A stretch of 64,000 nucleotides of DNA, taken from positions 124,001-188,000 of the forward strand of contig CATNEN010000030.1 of assembly GCA_950097015.1 (NCBI GenBank). Direction: 5' to 3'. The stretch comes from Macrostomum hystrix. Taxonomy: Eukaryota > Animalia > Platyhelminthes. The notes beneath the pieces are model-generated. The model worked only from the letters and a program-made list of their open reading frames with translations, did no database searches and was not told the origin of the DNA. Positions 61,589-64,000 of the stretch are shown here, in pieces; position 1 is the stretch's first letter, and each line of letters opens with the position of its first letter. The position numbers and the translations under genes are program-made.

Positions 61589-61636
61589 TAACCCTAACCC
61601 TAACCCTAACCCTAACCCTAACCCTAACCCTAACCT
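61589..61636 (-). repeat. Interstitial telomeric repeat (TTAGGG)7 plus one variant unit
   Basis: taaccc x7 at 61589-61630, then taacct. Confidence 0.95.
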
Positions 61637-62186
61637 TAGCAGAGCCCCAGTCCCGGCAATCTCGTGTGCTTTTTGTCGTTGGGGGGTCCCTTATGGGATC
61701 TCAAAGGCCCGGGATTTTTTTCCGTCCCCCGCCCACGACACAAAGATTCCCCGTCGAGTTGCAACTCAAATATCAGACATTTTCGCCTGACCTGTCTGAG
61801 TGCGTGAGCCAAGCGACTCGCGCTTTGGGAATTCCATGCTCCAAGTTCTATCAATTTTTATGACCGTATGGGATGGGATCGGAGGCCTGCAACAGAGCAT
61901 CGCTTTGGGAAGCGGGCAGTGCACCGACTGCTTTTGATTGCATAATCCTCAAACATTGCTTCACGAAAGATGAAAGCTGGAGAAAATAGGAACAGGTCAC
62001 AGCTTCATTTCTTCATCTCAAATGTTGGAAAACTTTAACCTTTAGAATTCTTATTAAGTTTAAGATCACAACTTAATTATAACAAAAATACGAGATTAAA
62101 ATAGCAATGTCAACTTTCAGCTTTCACGAAGAAACATTGAAGGATTAAAAGCAAAAATATTAATTACGATTATCTGAATCACGACC

Positions 62187-62608
62187 CTCCCATCTCCCTC
62201 TCTCCCATCTCCCTCTCTCCCATCTCCCACTCTCCCATCTCCCTCTCTCCTATCTCCCACTCTCCCATCTCACTTTCTCCCATCTCCCTCTCTCCCATCT
62301 CCCTCTCTCCCATCTCCCTCTCTCCCATCTCCCTCTCTCCCATCTCCCTCTCTCCCATCTCCCTCTCTCCCATCTCCCTCTCTCCCATCTCCCTCTCTCC
62401 CATCTCCCTCTCTCCCATCTCCCTCTCTCCCATCTCCCACTCTCCCATCTCCCTCTCTCCCATCTCCCTCTCTCCCATCTCCCTCTCTCCCCATCTCCCT
62501 CTCTCCCATCTCCCTCTCTCCCCATCTCCCTCTCTCCCATCTCCCTCTCTTCCATCTTCCTCTCTCCCATCTCACTCTCTCCCATCTCCCTCTCTCCCAT
62601 CTCACTCA
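62187..62608. repeat. Second array of the 15-bp ctccctctctcccat satellite
   Basis: Same unit as 60350-60925, about 1.3 kb downstream. Confidence 0.95.
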
Positions 62609-64000
62609 TCCATTGAACGGAGTGCAAAAAAAATTGCCAAGATAAGGCTATTGAAAACGCGCAATGCCTGTGCTCTGTGTGTGCTCAGGTTTATTTCGAT
62701 ATCAATTAAAAACTGCACAGCTGGCCTGCTGCATGCTTCTGGGTCGTTAAAACCTATTCAACATCCACTTGAAGTCATAAAATGGTCATTACACTCATTG
62801 GGCTGGACTGGACCTGTCTTCAAACCCTATACACTACTCAAACGCTCGCTATAATAAACTCAACCCACTTGACTGTGCCGGTTCCAGTAGCCATTTCCTC
62901 ACAAACGTCGCTACCTTTTCATAGACTCATCTTTTGCCTTTATAAGTATATATAAACATATGAGCTTTTATTGCCACCATTGGACTATGTTATTGAGTTG
63001 TAAAACAACTCAACTCTAGCAGTGGCTGTAAACTTGAGAACCTCTTCCCCCCGAGTGCAGTTTTGTACCAGCTGACTAGTTTGGTGTTTATGAACTACAT
63101 GCAGAATGAAATACTCGTAGGAAAACTGAAAGACGGAAGAAGGTAGGGGAGATGAGAGACGGTCGAGTAGAGAATATATGGAGATAAGCGAATCGATGTT
63201 CTGCGAGCAAATAAATTTGGTTGGCATGATTTCAGATGATTACATGTGAGCTGGAAAGCGGGGTGGCTTGAATTTGACAAAACGGCAGAAGCAAATTATT
63301 TGAAGTATTGGCAAGCAGGAAATGTCAGAAATAAATGTAGCGTGCATCACTTATCATTCTGGCTGGAAACATTGAAAGCCATTAGACTGTCTAAAATAAT
63401 TTCTAACCAAATGCGAACGTAAGAAACTTTTCAGACAATTGCGGGATCGATTTAGCTGGGCCAGAAAGTGCCTGCCTTCACTACATTTGCTTCGACGGAA
63501 ATTGAATTGATTCGCCTACCTAGCCAGAAATATGAGAAATATGGAGCTCGTTAATGCTTTTGTTTTAGCCCTGGGCGCGTGTGCGGACAGCAGGGTGCAG
63601 TTTGAGTAGAGCGAATTAGTGAGAGTGAAAGCTTCTCAAGCTGGAGCAGCTGCTTGATTGACAGCCCTGAATTGTACTCAGCTCAGCACTCAGCTTTCAC
63701 TGTTCCGCCACTCTTGCTGATTTTTTTTCTGCTGAAATAACCAGGAAAAATAGAATCCATCTGCTAATGTCCTAATTTTATTCTTAGCAACTGGCTCTGC
63801 CATCACCAGCTGACATGCCGAGCGGAGTGGGCAATGGGAGATGGGATAAATGCACATTCGAGAGACCAATTAGTGCAACTGTGTCTGCGGCGCGCACCTT
63901 CGTTAGAGACAGTAAAGAGGGCAGCCCAGATTAAGTGCCCCGGCAGGGCTCAGCCGCGTTGAGAAAGATTTCTCCGTCTTCAAATCGTTTGGGATCTGAC

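Overview
Eukaryotic (metazoan) genomic DNA. GC-rich exons, AT-rich introns packed with minisatellites, tRNA-derived SINEs and a (TTAGGG)n tract suggest a flatworm of the Macrostomum type; the organism is inferred, not determined. Host genes: the last coding exon of a GRIPAP1-like gene (+, 406-798), a complete 5-exon WDR62/MAPKBP1 gene (-, 14309-6026), an intronless RPS16 CDS (-), a CREB-family bZIP exon (-), a small secreted Cys-rich IL-17/cystine-knot-like ORF (-) and the first four coding exons of a FAT4/fat giant cadherin (+, from 37791, continuing past the window). Mobile DNA: a near-pristine Ty3/Gypsy LTR retrotransposon (24844-33274; 254-bp LTRs differing at one position, TTTG target duplication, tRNA-Gln-like PBS, PPT), a 667-bp solo LTR and two SINE families. 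The standout observation is that the Gypsy Gag-Pol carries an in-frame cold-shock domain (Unr/CSDE1-like RNP1/RNP2 motifs) between its CCHC zinc knuckle and the protease. All family assignments come from recalled sequence motifs; no database search was run.
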